Shown here: piece by piece, positions 52,701 through 64,000 of the stretch
How the letters are laid out: each line of letters opens with the position of its first letter
Position numbering within the stretch: position 1 is the stretch's first letter
Source of the DNA: Tubiluchus corallicola
Lineage: Eukaryota > Animalia > Priapulida
NCBI GenBank assembly: GCA_030141605.1
Contig: JAQGDQ010000154.1
Location: 310,001 to 374,000, forward strand
DNA: 64,000 bases
Direction of reading: 5' to 3'
The notes under the pieces: generated by a model
What the model was told of the DNA's origin: nothing
Databases searched by the model: none
Seen by the model: only the letters and a program-made list of their open reading frames with translations
Position numbers and translations under genes: made by a program

Positions 52701-55700
52701 CTTGCTGAATGTTGACCTTAGTTGTTGTTGAAATCATCTAGACTGAACATTTCGACATTATGTACCTTAACAGCATTGTTTTATTATGCAGCCATGGCTT
52801 GTTGCTGAGCATCAGACATATTGGGTTCTCGATCTACCATCGGCAGGATCAATTAGGCTTCAAGATGCAAGAAACATGATACAGTGAGTCTCACTTAACG
52901 ACTCCCCGCTTAGTGACATTTCGTTTTAACGACACTAATTATTTGGTATAGACAGGCCACGACGATTCACTGCTTTCCCACATTTAGATAAAATTCTTCT
53001 TGGTAAAACGCAAGAGTTTTTCCGATAAACCTCTTTTCTGTTGCATCGTTAATTGCTGGGTACACTAGTAATATTAGTAACATTTAAATTAAAGAAACAT
53101 TGTAGAACTGTAACGAATAAACCATATGAAATGTTCAATGAGCCAAAGCTACTGTTTTTTGTCCTGCAAGATAACTGAATCTTTAAACATGGCAATCCTC
53201 AGTGGTTTACTCAACGCTGCAAGCATATGAACGCTTTTACACTATTGATTTTTGCTCCTGGAATGCAATTGAATGCTTTTACATTGTTTCTTATGGCAAA
53301 CAACGTTTTATTTAGCGATGTTTCGCTTAACGACATGTTTTGCTGGAACGCATTAGCGTCGTTAAGCGAGGACTCACTGTAAATGATTGACAACTTGACT
53401 ACTCATAGTGACACATGCGGGCTTCTTTGAATACTGATGTTTTTAACTAAAATAATTCACTTTCTTCTACTGAAAATTAAAACTTTTATTACCTTACTCA
53501 TTCCATTTCAGGTAAAACAGTTGACTTTATGCTATACTTTTTAATTCAATAACAGAGAATTGTTAAAATCCTTGGTGGAAATAAACAAACGTTAGAATAC
53601 ACAACTCTCAGAAATACATTTATCAATGAGACTATTCCAGCAAGGCAATAAAACTAATGTAACAATAGATTTGTATACCTGTACGATTATCAGAAAAAGG
53701 TGAACATTGACAAACGACTTTTCAGACTTTTCCGATTCAAATTTGGCTTCCTTAATTATGCAGCCAATGGTTAGCAGCATCAATGATAACCACTGTTTCC
53801 GATTTAGTTGCTTTTTGAAAAGAATCTGCAAGAAAAATGAAGTCTGTAGCTTACAAGCTTTGGCTTCTGCGTCCTCTGCATCACAAGTAATGATATTGCT
53901 GTATTTTTTTATCACTGACCATGTGTATTGCTTGAGATGGGTGGAATAAGCCACTATAAACTATATTCAGGGATTCAAGTCTAATCGCAAACAAAGCAAA
54001 AACATCATCAATGTTACAAGCAGCGCAATTTATTTGGAATGTTTTGATCAGTTTACCAACCATCTTCAGTCATTCTGAGCTTAACCCACTCCAAGAGTAC
54101 GTGAATGCATTTGTGCTTAGTTGTGCACTCTCAAACCACAAAAAGATTTATGTGGGCACACATTCATTAAAAGAAAAACTCTGTAAAAGAGGAAAGTCGA
54201 GTTTTTAAAAATTCAAGATGGCCACCATGACCATTTTTATGACGACTCCTTTAGTACATAATACAGAAAATATTTATACTGCATAAACAACAAAATGCAA
54301 TTTATGCTGCTATCAGTAAGAAAGAAATATGGTTATTTGTAGTATTAACAAAATGGCCTCCAAACAAGATGGCAGTGAAACTGCTTAAGAAATATGATTA
54401 TTCGTAGCATCAACAAAATGGAATCTAAACAAGATGGCTGCAAAACTACTTACTAACTTACGTTATGTTCTATCGTTTGTTTAAACATATCAATTTTAAT
54501 GTGTACATACAACTGAAAGGTTAGCTCTTTCAGAACTCACTCATCCATTCATTTAAAGAAATTGCTGAAAATTAATTCACTAGTTTCACTTGTCCAACAA
54601 ATTTACAAATCACAAATAGGTACCTACCTGAAAGACAATACCCGTGACAACAACACGAAACTGCAGTAAGAGGAAGTATGTCGTTGGATCATAAGCTGCC
54701 AAGTTGGTGAACTGCAAATTGTTATACACACAGTAGAGAGAAGCTGGTACAAAATACAGCAGGAATACTAAAAAATAAATAAATCATTATAAAATATAAA
54801 AAAGTAAATGTAAAGTACGAAGGAACGAAACAGAATTGTGTGTTTATTTCACAATTATCTGACAAATGTGTAAATTAAGATACTAAATAACTAACTAATT
54901 ATTGTAAAATGCATTAAAGAAACAATAATTATGACATTTCCAAAAATTCTTTCTAACGACACGCTGAGACTAGCAAGTTTTCTATTGCGAGTTTTCTATC
55001 GTGAGTTTTTTCTCGGACAGCAAACTCACTGTGAAGTATTTTGCAAATTACAGTCAGCTAGAAACTGCAAACTCCCCGACAGTTGCTGCAAGTTACTGTC
55101 TAGTGTGAACACCTCGATGAGCTTCCAGTGAATAGAGAAGGAGCGGGAGCTTATGCTAACTGTTAGAGAGTAACTCGCAGCAAGTTTCTAGTCTGAACAG
55201 GCTTGCAAATTACTTAGTAAGTAGAACGCAATTGCAATACTTAATTAAAAAAACTGTATTACTCGGTGTAAGAATATTTGAAAATAACCCATATGCTACT
55301 CCCAGTACCTACGCCTGGGGCCAGTTAAGGATTCACTTAACCAGCTAACCGGTTAATGTTTTTATCAGTTGACCGATTAATGAGATCTAGGCAACATCAG
55401 GGGTCCTCTGCAATTTGCTAACTAGATCATTGGATCATACTAGAACAAGAAATTTACAAACAAACAATTCAAGTGAAAGTTTAGAGGAATGTGTTTAAGA
55501 GTGAAACTTTTATACATAGAAAATCTGCATAAAAAGTGAAAAATCTCTGTTTATAAGGATGCTGTGTATTGTTGAACTAAGCATAAAACTTTCGTACACA
55601 GAAACGCGGTGTATAATCCTTGTCACCAAAAGCGAGAATAATACTGTCTGCATAAGATGTGTGTATGTGTGTGTGTGTGTATATCATATAAGCAAAGCAA

Positions 55701-58700
55701 GCTGCTTTAAAACCATTTTTAAAATTAAATTACTGCAAACTTAATGTTTGAACCTTGAAGTGATCAAATAAAATATCAAGTCTTACAATACTACTACTGT
55801 ACTAATTTTTGCTACTTTTTACTTTTTAGTTCACTTGTTAGCATACACTGATTAACAAAAATAAAGTACTTAAATGCTTTGTTGTACATTTAACAGCAAT
55901 ATGCCAGACGCGCAAAAAACAGTAAAAACTTTGTAATACAACTATATGAAGTTTAAGTCAATCCATCTTTGCAGCTATTTTTGCGACATGTATGCAGTAC
56001 TTTGGCAAATTTTGGTGCTTAACAGTCAGATTTTGGCTGTATGAAACTGCATTATCAGATTTCATTACCTTTTGTATGCTTTGACACGTCCGCAAAAAAC
56101 TGTTGTAAGGCATGGCTGTAAAAAACAAAAACTTGCATTACAAAAAGAACAACAGTTTCGCAACTGTTAATGTTCTAATAAATAGGCTTATTCAGTTACG
56201 CATTTCACTGCCCACATAAATGTTTTGCACATGAAAAATGTTATTCTTAACTTGAGCAGTAAGAATCTTAGCTGAGAGTAGCATCTTGTAACATACATTA
56301 TAAACAACAATCTATAACAGATAGTTTGGATCCATTCTGGTGGAATACACAGCTGTGGTCTGATTTTTATTGCATCTGCAACAACAACGTCAATGAAAAC
56401 GACATGTGACAGGATTGAGCAAATGGGCCCTATTCTTGAAATGGATCCAATAATCTACTACAAACAAACAACTACATTATTCATTGACAAAGATACAGGA
56501 GCAATACGTACAAACTCTCAAGAGAACACATCTTGATCTCATAAAACAGGAATAATCCATTACATTGATCCCACAACCATGGAACAATAAATTGGATTTA
56601 AGGCATTGCTTAAGCATAACACATTACTCAATGTAAACACCAGTATTTACTGCGATTCATAACAGTGAATTTATAGCATTTTCGTATCATACATTGTGTT
56701 CACAAGTACTGTAAACATACAGTGGCTGCACATAAATTACTTACTCTTTCAAATATAGTAGCGCAGATGCAACAAGTTTTAAAAATTCGGTCAAGAGGAC
56801 GACTGTGACAGTGTTATAGTTGTAAGAGTTGTTGTCATTCTTGGTTGCCGTCACTAAGATACCTGCAAAAGATGAGTTTTGTGATTTTTCTAAAATGCAT
56901 TACAAACTTTGAGCCAACAGGTATGCAAATCAGTACATTTTTGTCTGTTTCTTTAACTTTTGTTCAGTATTAAGGCAGAAACAGTTTGACAAAAGCGATG
57001 CTGTTGACACACACACACTAGAACTGTGTCATTGAGATCAAAAGGTCAAAGGTCAAGGTCAGAAGTGGATAGCAAAATTTACACTATCTACACAAATCTA
57101 GAAAATGTTTAATTTAACTGGAACTAAGTTTCTTGGAGGCATACGACACGCTATGCACAGCAGTTATGTTTAGGACAAGAAAAGGTGAAAGGTCAAGGTC
57201 AGAACATGACTTGGTAGGTTGTGCAAGATGATTGAAGTATGACAGAAACTGGCAAAGGGGTTTTCCTCATAAATACTAGAACTGCAATGTTTCTCACATG
57301 AACACCCAAAAGGTCACACACACTAACTTACAGACTGGCACATACCAATTGGCAATTAAATATAGAAAAACTTGATAAAAACAAGAAATTTGAAGTTAAA
57401 ATTGTAATCAATGATGATGCTAACAGCTTATATTAAGCTAAAAAATGATAATGAAACTTACTAAAATACTTTTCTAAATTGATAACCATAAATGAAACAT
57501 AAAGAAGAATGTCAGCAACTTTGTTTTTTTATAGATTTTATTATAGAACTTTGATTTATAAGACTGTTATTATATAAGCCTTATTATGTAACTTTGATTA
57601 CCACAGATTATACAGTTACATAATTAGCTACATATTTAGGATTTTATAAATAGTTAATAGTGTGCAGATTGCATTAAGCTGCTATTTTTGTAAAATTTTA
57701 CTTTTGTCTTTACAGGATTGGAGATCTGTCTAGTAAGAACAGATGCTGGAAACTTGTTAACTGTGTCCAAGTGATTCCATTAACGTCCGTTATGACAATG
57801 AATCAGACATTATCAAGCAACGTATCAGATACCGAAGAATTCATTATTGACCAAATGCCACAGAGTGTTTTACTTAAAATTTTGATAGGCGGTTTAGGAA
57901 TCATCTCAGCTGCTGCTAACTTTCTGACAATCATTATCGTGTTGAAGTCTTCAAAGTTACAAGAGCCAATGCATAAATTTTTAGTAAATTTAGCTTTGGC
58001 TGACCTGATGAGAAGCTTTCTACTATTCTTTGCCGGAGTAGCAAGTCGGGATGCCCTGCCTCTAGTAGTTTGTGGATTTAGCCTGTTTTTAATAATAACG
58101 TTACAGACGGAATCGGTTCTAATGATGATTTTCGTAACTGTTGATCAATACATCAGCATAATAAAACCTTTGCATTATCACCAAATTATAACTGATAAAC
58201 GAGCGCACATCGTTATTATAATTTCTTGGATAGCTTCACTCTGCATTGCTCAAACTGGAGCATTACAGTGGGATTTGAAGAAGGAGAACGACTGTAGCTT
58301 CTACATAACTGTTAAAGTGGGAATACAGTACTTTGGAATTGCATTGGTGAACTGTATGATTGCACTTGTTACTGTAGTGTATACACACATAATAATCATA
58401 GTTCATAAGCAAAGCAAACATACTGTACCAGAAAGTTCAGCCATGAACGTGCAACTCAAGCGACATCTCAAAACTGTTAAACTGATTTTTCTCCTTACCG
58501 TTTGCTTCGTAATTTCACTGGTGCCATTTCAGGTTAACATTTTCCTAATTGCTAATGGAATTCGAGATGCCAATAACTCATATGACAGTGAGTCCATAGC
58601 GATTTTGTTTATATTGATGAATTCTTTGACAAATCCTCTTATCTATTCACTGAAGAACAAAGATTTTAGAAAAACGCTGAAGAAAACAGTGAGCAAGATG

Positions 58701-60547
58701 TGGGATAAAAATGCTGTACGCGAATTTAGTACCAGTTAACGATGAACACAGATCAATATTAAACCATGCAGGAAATACATAGATGTAGTACTCCTCGGCA
58801 AGTTTGTACGAACGGCAAAATGTACTAGTCTCCAAGGGTTATAATGTCCTCAAAGACAATAAATCCCAAATTACAGTGAACTTGTTAGACACTTTATTTG
58901 TAAAGTGTGATGGCATTTGAACAAGTTGTTTCCATCACATTTGATGCTGTTTTATCAGAGTGTTCGCTGTACAAATCAACTTGAAGTATTTTTCTTGCCT
59001 AACTCATTATAATGACAATAATGTAATGTACCCTTAGAACCAATAATAAACTTTAACTCGAAAAAGTAGCTACGCCAATTTGGTTCTAGTAGTTTTCTTG
59101 CTGACAAGATAAACTGCCTGTGAGTAACAATTACTGCAGTCTGCAGAATTAATTACTGGTATTATAATATGAAACAAAAATGGTGCAAAAGTGCATTGGT
59201 TTGCCAAAATTAATCATCCTATCAAGGTGCATTATAGTGCTAAGCAGCAGTACATAATTATAGATACGAAACATGGTTAGCGGGTAAATTAATGGTTCAA
59301 TGCCTGACAGTGCAGAGGAAAGTGGTTGATGAAAGGTAAGAGCTGTCTTCCTTAAAAAGGTTATAATATTAAAAACTATTACCTCTAGAGATCAAACATT
59401 ACTCATCGTAATGATGTCAATTACTCTAACTAATGTTAATTTATTAAATTTAAAATTAAAATTTAATTATTTATTATTATTTGTGAGTTTGGTATGAGCA
59501 CGTGATTGCTATGGACTTTGCAAGAGCACATTAAATTTGTGTTTAAATCCAGTAAATGACTCTTTCAGATGAAGATCTGGGCTTGGAAAAGGAAAACCCC
59601 AAACGTAATGACTACTTTCATGAGCTTCTATTGGAGTTTGAAAATACGAGTTTTTTACAATAAAATTACTAGTTTCTAGCCAGAAAAGTGGGTAGGGGGT
59701 TTTAGAATTGAATTTCTAGTATAGTTTAAACATTTTCTTGTTAATTTGATGCTAGAATATAAAAGTCCAATATATGTAGCATTTATTTTTATAAAAAACA
59801 AGAACTTACATTTGAATAAATTTTTGGTGCATTCTACCTTGAAGCATCATAATGTAGTTTTAACTATGCCAACTTATGGACAGTTTCAGTTTGCAAGGAC
59901 ACATTTTAATATATTATTACATCAAAAAGGAAAACTGACACTTCAGTTAAGGTCAACATGCTTTAAAAGAGCTGGGTTTCTGTTGCTGCAGTACTTCACC
60001 TAGCCCATGTACCGCAGGCTCTACTTGTCCTAATAGACTACTTCGGTCCCGACACCAAGGTAGTTTCAGGGCGTTTCAAGAGAAAAAGGAGTATTTGTAG
60101 TTGTACAGGTGTTTGACAATTGCCAACTGCAAGAAAACTCATCCTAAAAGTAATGAACACTATTAAAATCTGTCTATTAACACGAGGGGAATGGCCACCT
60201 ACACTGCAAGCTATTGTCGTTGCTGCCACATCATGATACCACCAGTAATTTTTTGGTATACCAACATTTTGGTATGGGTTCAAGTAATCAAACATCAAAG
60301 CAACGAACATCAGTAGGAAAATTGTCTTGTTTTAGAAGTAAGTGTCTAACTTGACTAATTAATCTCGAAGGCCTGTAAAGAGCAAGTCCTGTATCAACAG
60401 TATCTAGCTAATTATGCAGGCATAAGATTTAACTTTTTGTTAAGGCTCACCTTGATTAATGAATAAAACAATGTACAAGATAAAAATAATAAAGCTAAAT
60501 AACGTTGGAAACATTTCTTGTGAAATATAACTTAGGAACAGCGGCAT
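49764..60547 (-). CDS. senju: SLC35A-family nucleotide-sugar transporter, Drosophila senju (UDP-galactose transporter)-like, 6 exons, about 338 aa
   Basis: Exons: 60547-60451, 56862-56745, 56115-56069, 54767-54628, 53825-53679, 50231-49764; phases consistent, total 1017 nt. Peptides EMFPTLFSFIIFILYIVLFINQGILVTA, YNYNTVTVVLLTEFLKL, VPASLYCVYNNL, DPTTYFLLLQFRVVVTG, QWLSLMLLTIGC, CSCFAGVYNEYLLK, QNVFMY and LNSILKTFASALE match senju as I recall it. Confidence 0.9.
50758..51395. repeat. 46-bp minisatellite, about 14 copies
   Basis: Unit CAGCCAAGATGTGACTRCAGTACTCAATRCTATGTCCATTTCACGC; AGATGTGA-type motif recurs from 50765 to 51363 at 46-bp spacing. Confidence 0.96.
52308..52492. repeat. Degenerate 21-bp tandem repeat
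   Basis: TGAAGTCACTTTTTACACTTC-like units, about 9 copies. Confidence 0.8.
52882..53379. mobile_element. pogo/Tigger-like MITE
   Basis: TA|CAGTGAGTCTCACTTAACGAC...GTCGTTAAGCGAGGACTCACTG|TA. Confidence 0.85.
54960..55203. mobile_element. Possible degenerate Harbinger-like MITE
   Basis: AGACTAGCAAGTTTTCTATTGCGAGTT at the left and AACTCGCAGCAAGTTTCTAGTCT at the right are partly inverted. Confidence 0.4.
57792..58739 (+). CDS. Class A (rhodopsin-like) GPCR, single coding exon, about 315 aa, orphan
   Basis: First ATG at 57792 (the ORF track starts at a GTG, 57771). N-terminal NQT/NVS sequons, seven hydrophobic segments, AAN in TM1, FLVNLALAD in TM2, VDQYISIIKPLHY (DRY variant), W in TM4, ISLVPF in TM6, NSLTNPLIYS and helix 8 KDFRK. 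An upstream acceptor TTTGTCTTTACAG at 57715 suggests a 5' UTR exon. Confidence 0.92.
   Translation: MTMNQTLSSNVSDTEEFIIDQMPQSVLLKILIGGLGIISAAANFLTIIIVLKSSKLQEPMHKFLVNLALADLMRSFLLFFAGVASRDALPLVVCGFSLFLIITLQTESVLMMIFVTVDQYISIIKPLHYHQIITDKRAHIVIIISWIASLCIAQTGALQWDLKKENDCSFYITVKVGIQYFGIALVNCMIALVTVVYTHIIIIVHKQSKHTVPESSAMNVQLKRHLKTVKLIFLLTVCFVISLVPFQVNIFLIANGIRDANNSYDSESIAILFILMNSLTNPLIYSLKNKDFRKTLKKTVSKMWDKNAVREFSTS
59540..59908 (+). repeat. Dispersed repeat, copy B (shared with 44810-45175)
   Basis: Same blocks as copy A, in the same orientation. Confidence 0.8.
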
Positions 60548-60777
60548 GATATTGCTTTAAAAAAACACTAAAAATTTATCATTGCTAGTCAGAAACATTC
60601 CGCATCGTTGCCACGTGAAGCGTTTTACCACGTGACTTATTTATTTACAATTCGGTGCTGTCCTCTTGTTGCGGTCTGCAGTACCAAAACACGTAAGAAA
60701 ACGCTGTTAATGTACAGTTTTTTATTAGTGCGGGTAAAATGACACAACGTTAATATTACTAACATTACATATCTGTG
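60548..60777. promoter_or_regulatory. Bidirectional promoter region between the senju-like gene and TECPR2, with two CACGTG E-boxes
   Basis: Divergent ATGs at 60547 (-) and 60778 (+). CACGTG at 60612-60617 and 60629-60634; the second reads GTCACGTGG on the minus strand (CLEAR-like). Confidence 0.7.
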
Positions 60778-63700
60778 ATGGAAACAACGGAACAAGAAGA
60801 GCATTTTCTAAAGTCTGGTAAGTTCAGAAAATCTTGCCAAACCACATAAGTTTGATTGACAAAGTGTCACTGGAATCACAAGTGCTTTTTTGTTTACATT
60901 TCTCAGAAGAAGATGTGTTTAAACAAAGTTAATTTCAGCAGTATGTGTAATACATTTAGCCAAGTTGATTGGATTAATGTTTTAAATAGTAATCTTACTC
61001 TTGATGATATGTGGACAAAATTTCATAATGTGTACATGTCAGTTGTTGATGAATATGTGCCTAGTTTCTATCCAAGTTCTTGTAATAAGAGTAGTCGACC
61101 TCGGCCTCCTTGGTTAACTAAGCAGTTGCTTGGCTGTATTAAGGAGAAAGAAAAGTTGTTTTTTGACTGGAAGAGACGAAGAACAAAACTTTCTTATGAA
61201 CGGTATGCTGCAAGGCGTAATGTGGTGAAAAACCTTATAACTACTGCGAGAAAAAGATATGAACGTATTTTAGCAAGTAATTGCAAGAGTAATCCCAAGG
61301 CATTCTGGCAGTATATCAATTCCCTTCGGAAGCCAAAGTCTAGAATTCATTCACTGAAGAATTCCCAAGGTATTCTTGTCTCTGATTCAGAGGAGAAGGC
61401 ACAAATTTTGAACGATTTTTTCATTAGTGTATTCAGTCCCAACGCTTCTGACTATGAAGTAACTACAGTGCAACAATATCCTGATATCGACAATGTTTCC
61501 CTAACTGAAGAAGAGGTGCTTTATGAGTTACAAAATCTCAATGTAAACAAATCCGCTCCAGATAGTTACCATCCACGTATTTTAAATGAATGTAGAACTG
61601 TGCTTTTTAAGCCTATATACACCTTACTGGATAGGTCTTTTGCTGATTGTCAGTTACCTGGACAATGGAAGGTGGCACAGGTTACTCCCATTCATAAAAA
61701 AGGGGACAAGTCAGATCCATCGAACTACAGGCCAGTTAGCTTACTAAATACAATTAATAAGGTGACAGAAAAAATCATGCGGAAACATATAATGAACCAT
61801 CTGATAAGATACAACATTATTTGTGAAGAACAACATGGGTTTGTTAAGGGTAGAACAACGGTTACCCAACTGTTACAATGTTACGATGCATGGTTTGAGT
61901 TAAAAGATGCTAATAAGCCTTTTGATATAATACTACTGGACCTGAAAAAGGCATTTGATGTTGTACCTCATCACTTTCTGTTTGCAAAACTTAAAAATTG
62001 TGGTATAACTGGTTCAGTTTTACAGTGGATAGTAAACTTCTTAGAAAATAGAAGTCAATGTACGTGTGTTGATGGTTACAAATCGACGGAGTCCTTGATT
62101 ACTAGTGGTGTACCGCAAGGTTCGGTATTAGGTCCGTGTTTATTTGTGGTATTTATAAATGACTTGCCTAGTTGTGTGAGAAATTCTCTTCGTCTGTTTG
62201 CCGACGACAGCAAAATCTGGTCTGAATCTGATTCTTTTACCAGCTGTAATGATCTTCAATTGGATCTAGAAGGGCTCTGTGATTGGGCAGTTGAAAATGG
62301 TATGCAGTTCCATCCCAACAAGTGTAAGGTTGTATCTGTGGGAGCAGGATATGAGTATAAATACAAAATGTATGATGCAAGTGGCACTCCGGCAGAATTG
62401 GACTTTAGTGCTTGTGAGAAAGACCTTGGATTATTACTTGATAATAAACTAAATTTTAAAGATCACATAGCAGAAATCATAAAGAACGCCAAACGAAACA
62501 ATGCTTTAATAAGGAGGAATTTCAAGTACCTAGATCTGCAAACTTTCAAGCTTCTATATGTGGCACTTGTGCGATCAAAAGTGGAGTATGGAAGTAATAT
62601 TTGGAATAGTCCTAGAGCATATATAGTGGACCCAGTTGAAACTGTCCAAATGAGAGTTTTCAACATGTTACCGGAACTAATGAACTTGACGTATGAAAGT
62701 CAGTTAAAACGAATAGGGTTAACTACATTAGCTTTTAGACGTTTACGTGGCCAACTAATTGATGTATACAAATATGTATCTGGAGTTTACAGCTGTGATG
62801 ATTGTCCTGTTAAATTAGAAGTACATCGTACAGCAAGATCAGGTCCTATTCTTCATAAATCAAGAACTGCACACAAAACTGGTAAATACGACTATTTTTC
62901 TTGTACGATGCCAGAAATCTGGAATAGATTGCCCTGTGATGTGAGAACAGCAACATCTGTAAATTTATTTAAATCAAAATTAGATAGACACTATGAACAT
63001 CATCCATTGAAATTTAATCACCGTGCTAATTGGAACATGCCTATAACAAGGATGCTGGATTTCATATTATAGTGAGAAAACTTGCCAGTGGAGTCACCTA
63101 GGTGTTGATGACAATCTATTAAATGTGCAATTTGTCGCAATTACAGTCGAAGAACTATTTGTCTCAAAAGTTATATTATAACTACTGGAGATTTACTACT
63201 ACTACTACTACTACATTGGCAGCCAACCGCCTAGCTCAATTGTTCAGATAGTTGTGTAAACAAGCATATCCTCAGAAAATTTATTTGGGTATTTGTTTAT
63301 TATTGGCCAAACACACACAGAGAGAGATAGCACTGGTGTAATGTAGTACTACCTTATTCGGTTACTGTTAGTAATTTCTTACAGTAATTTAGTAGTTACA
63401 GTAGGATTTCTATTATTGTGAATCAAGTATCCCTGGCAATGAAGGGGTAGCTATAGAATTATCTGTTCTGTTTAACCATAAAACAGATGTTACAAAGAAT
63501 TGTCGACTAAATGTGTTTCACATTTTGATCATCTTGTTGTGCCAGGCATGCTGGGAACATTGAACAAATGCATGACCTATTAATTTACATGTCTTAACTT
63601 TGGATTGTTTCCACTAAAAATGTTGTTACTCTAGGTATACGAGAATGGGTTTCTCAAGATTATCTCTTCAAAACCATCCCTAAGAAAGCGCAGCATGGTT

Positions 63701-63828
63701 TACGGACATTTCCAGTTGAGTTTACGTGCGTGGATGTCTGTTCAACATATGTCGCAGTTGGCTCAAATGCAGGAACTGTGTTCTTGTGCAGTAGATTGGG
63801 CAATGAAATCCAACGGCTTCGTGCTCAC
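60778..63828 (+). CDS. TECPR2: Tectonin beta-propeller repeat-containing protein 2, first two coding exons (60778-60817, 63635-63828); the gene continues beyond the window
   Basis: METTEQEEHFLKS G|GTAAGT joins CTCTAG|GT in phase 1 to IREWVSQDYLFKTIPKKAQHGLRTFPVEFTCVDVCSTYVAVGSNAGTVFLCSRLGNEIQRLRAH. This aligns by eye with the TECPR2 N-terminus as I recall it (REFCPLYYLLNAIPTKIQKGFRS...YIAVGSSIG). HPS5 is the related alternative. Confidence 0.78.
60900..63214 (+). mobile_element. 5'-truncated CR1-group LINE with an intact RT frame (ORF 60856-63072) and (TAC)n tail, inside TECPR2 intron 1
   Basis: PPWLT, NPKAFWQYIN, NYRPVSLL, QHGFVKGRTT, DLKKAFDVVPH, SGVPQGSVLGPCLF, LFADDSK, EKDLG, LYVALVRSKVEYG, WNRLP. 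No stops in 738 codons; no APE domain; 3' (TAC)n at about 63194-63214. Confidence 0.95.
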
Positions 63829-64000
63829 GTAGGTTGTTGAAGTTTTAGAAATGTAAAATTGAAAAAGTAAGATTTTATCAGCCATAGATTTAAATTCCAC
63901 CTTTTATGCAGAGAGAGACTGCAAGACTCGAGTAAACTGTAAAGCAAGAAATGGGCGCCATGCTGCAATACATGTTCTGCAATCTGCAGATGGCAAATAA

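Noticed and set aside
57035-57205. AGGTCA direct repeats upstream of the GPCR (also at 2144-2170 and 3103-3117) as nuclear-receptor elements
   Set aside because: AAGGTCAAGGTCA arrays are a common component of invertebrate interspersed repeats; nothing here shows function.
59960-60310. Possible decayed LINE 3' fragment on the minus strand (YNYKYSFF-like peptide)
   Set aside because: The similarity is too short and broken to support a call without a search.

Overview
AT-rich, intron-rich eukaryotic DNA, most likely from an invertebrate animal; no prokaryotic operons, CRISPR arrays, rRNA or tRNA were found. I assembled six protein-coding loci by hand from GT-AG exons: a 2-exon testis-specific Ser/Thr kinase (TSSK family, +), a complete 15-exon BBS1 (-), a 13-exon RPS6KC1-like PX-MIT-pseudokinase (+) with one +1 frame break inside its largest exon, a 6-exon senju/SLC35A-type nucleotide-sugar transporter (-), a class A GPCR with an uninterrupted CDS nested antisense in that transporter's first intron, and the first two coding exons of TECPR2 (+), head-to-head with the transporter across 230 bp that holds two CACGTG boxes. 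Introns and intergenic DNA carry two 5'-truncated CR1-type LINEs (one with an intact 738-codon frame), a deleted mariner, about a dozen MITEs and several minisatellites. The most notable oddities are the RPS6KC1 frame break, tandem duplications that copy splice sites in two genes, the nested GPCR, and the intact RT frame beside the TECPR2 promoter. Gene identities rest on my recall of protein families, not on database searches. I see no convincing new biological system; the candidates are listed with tests.
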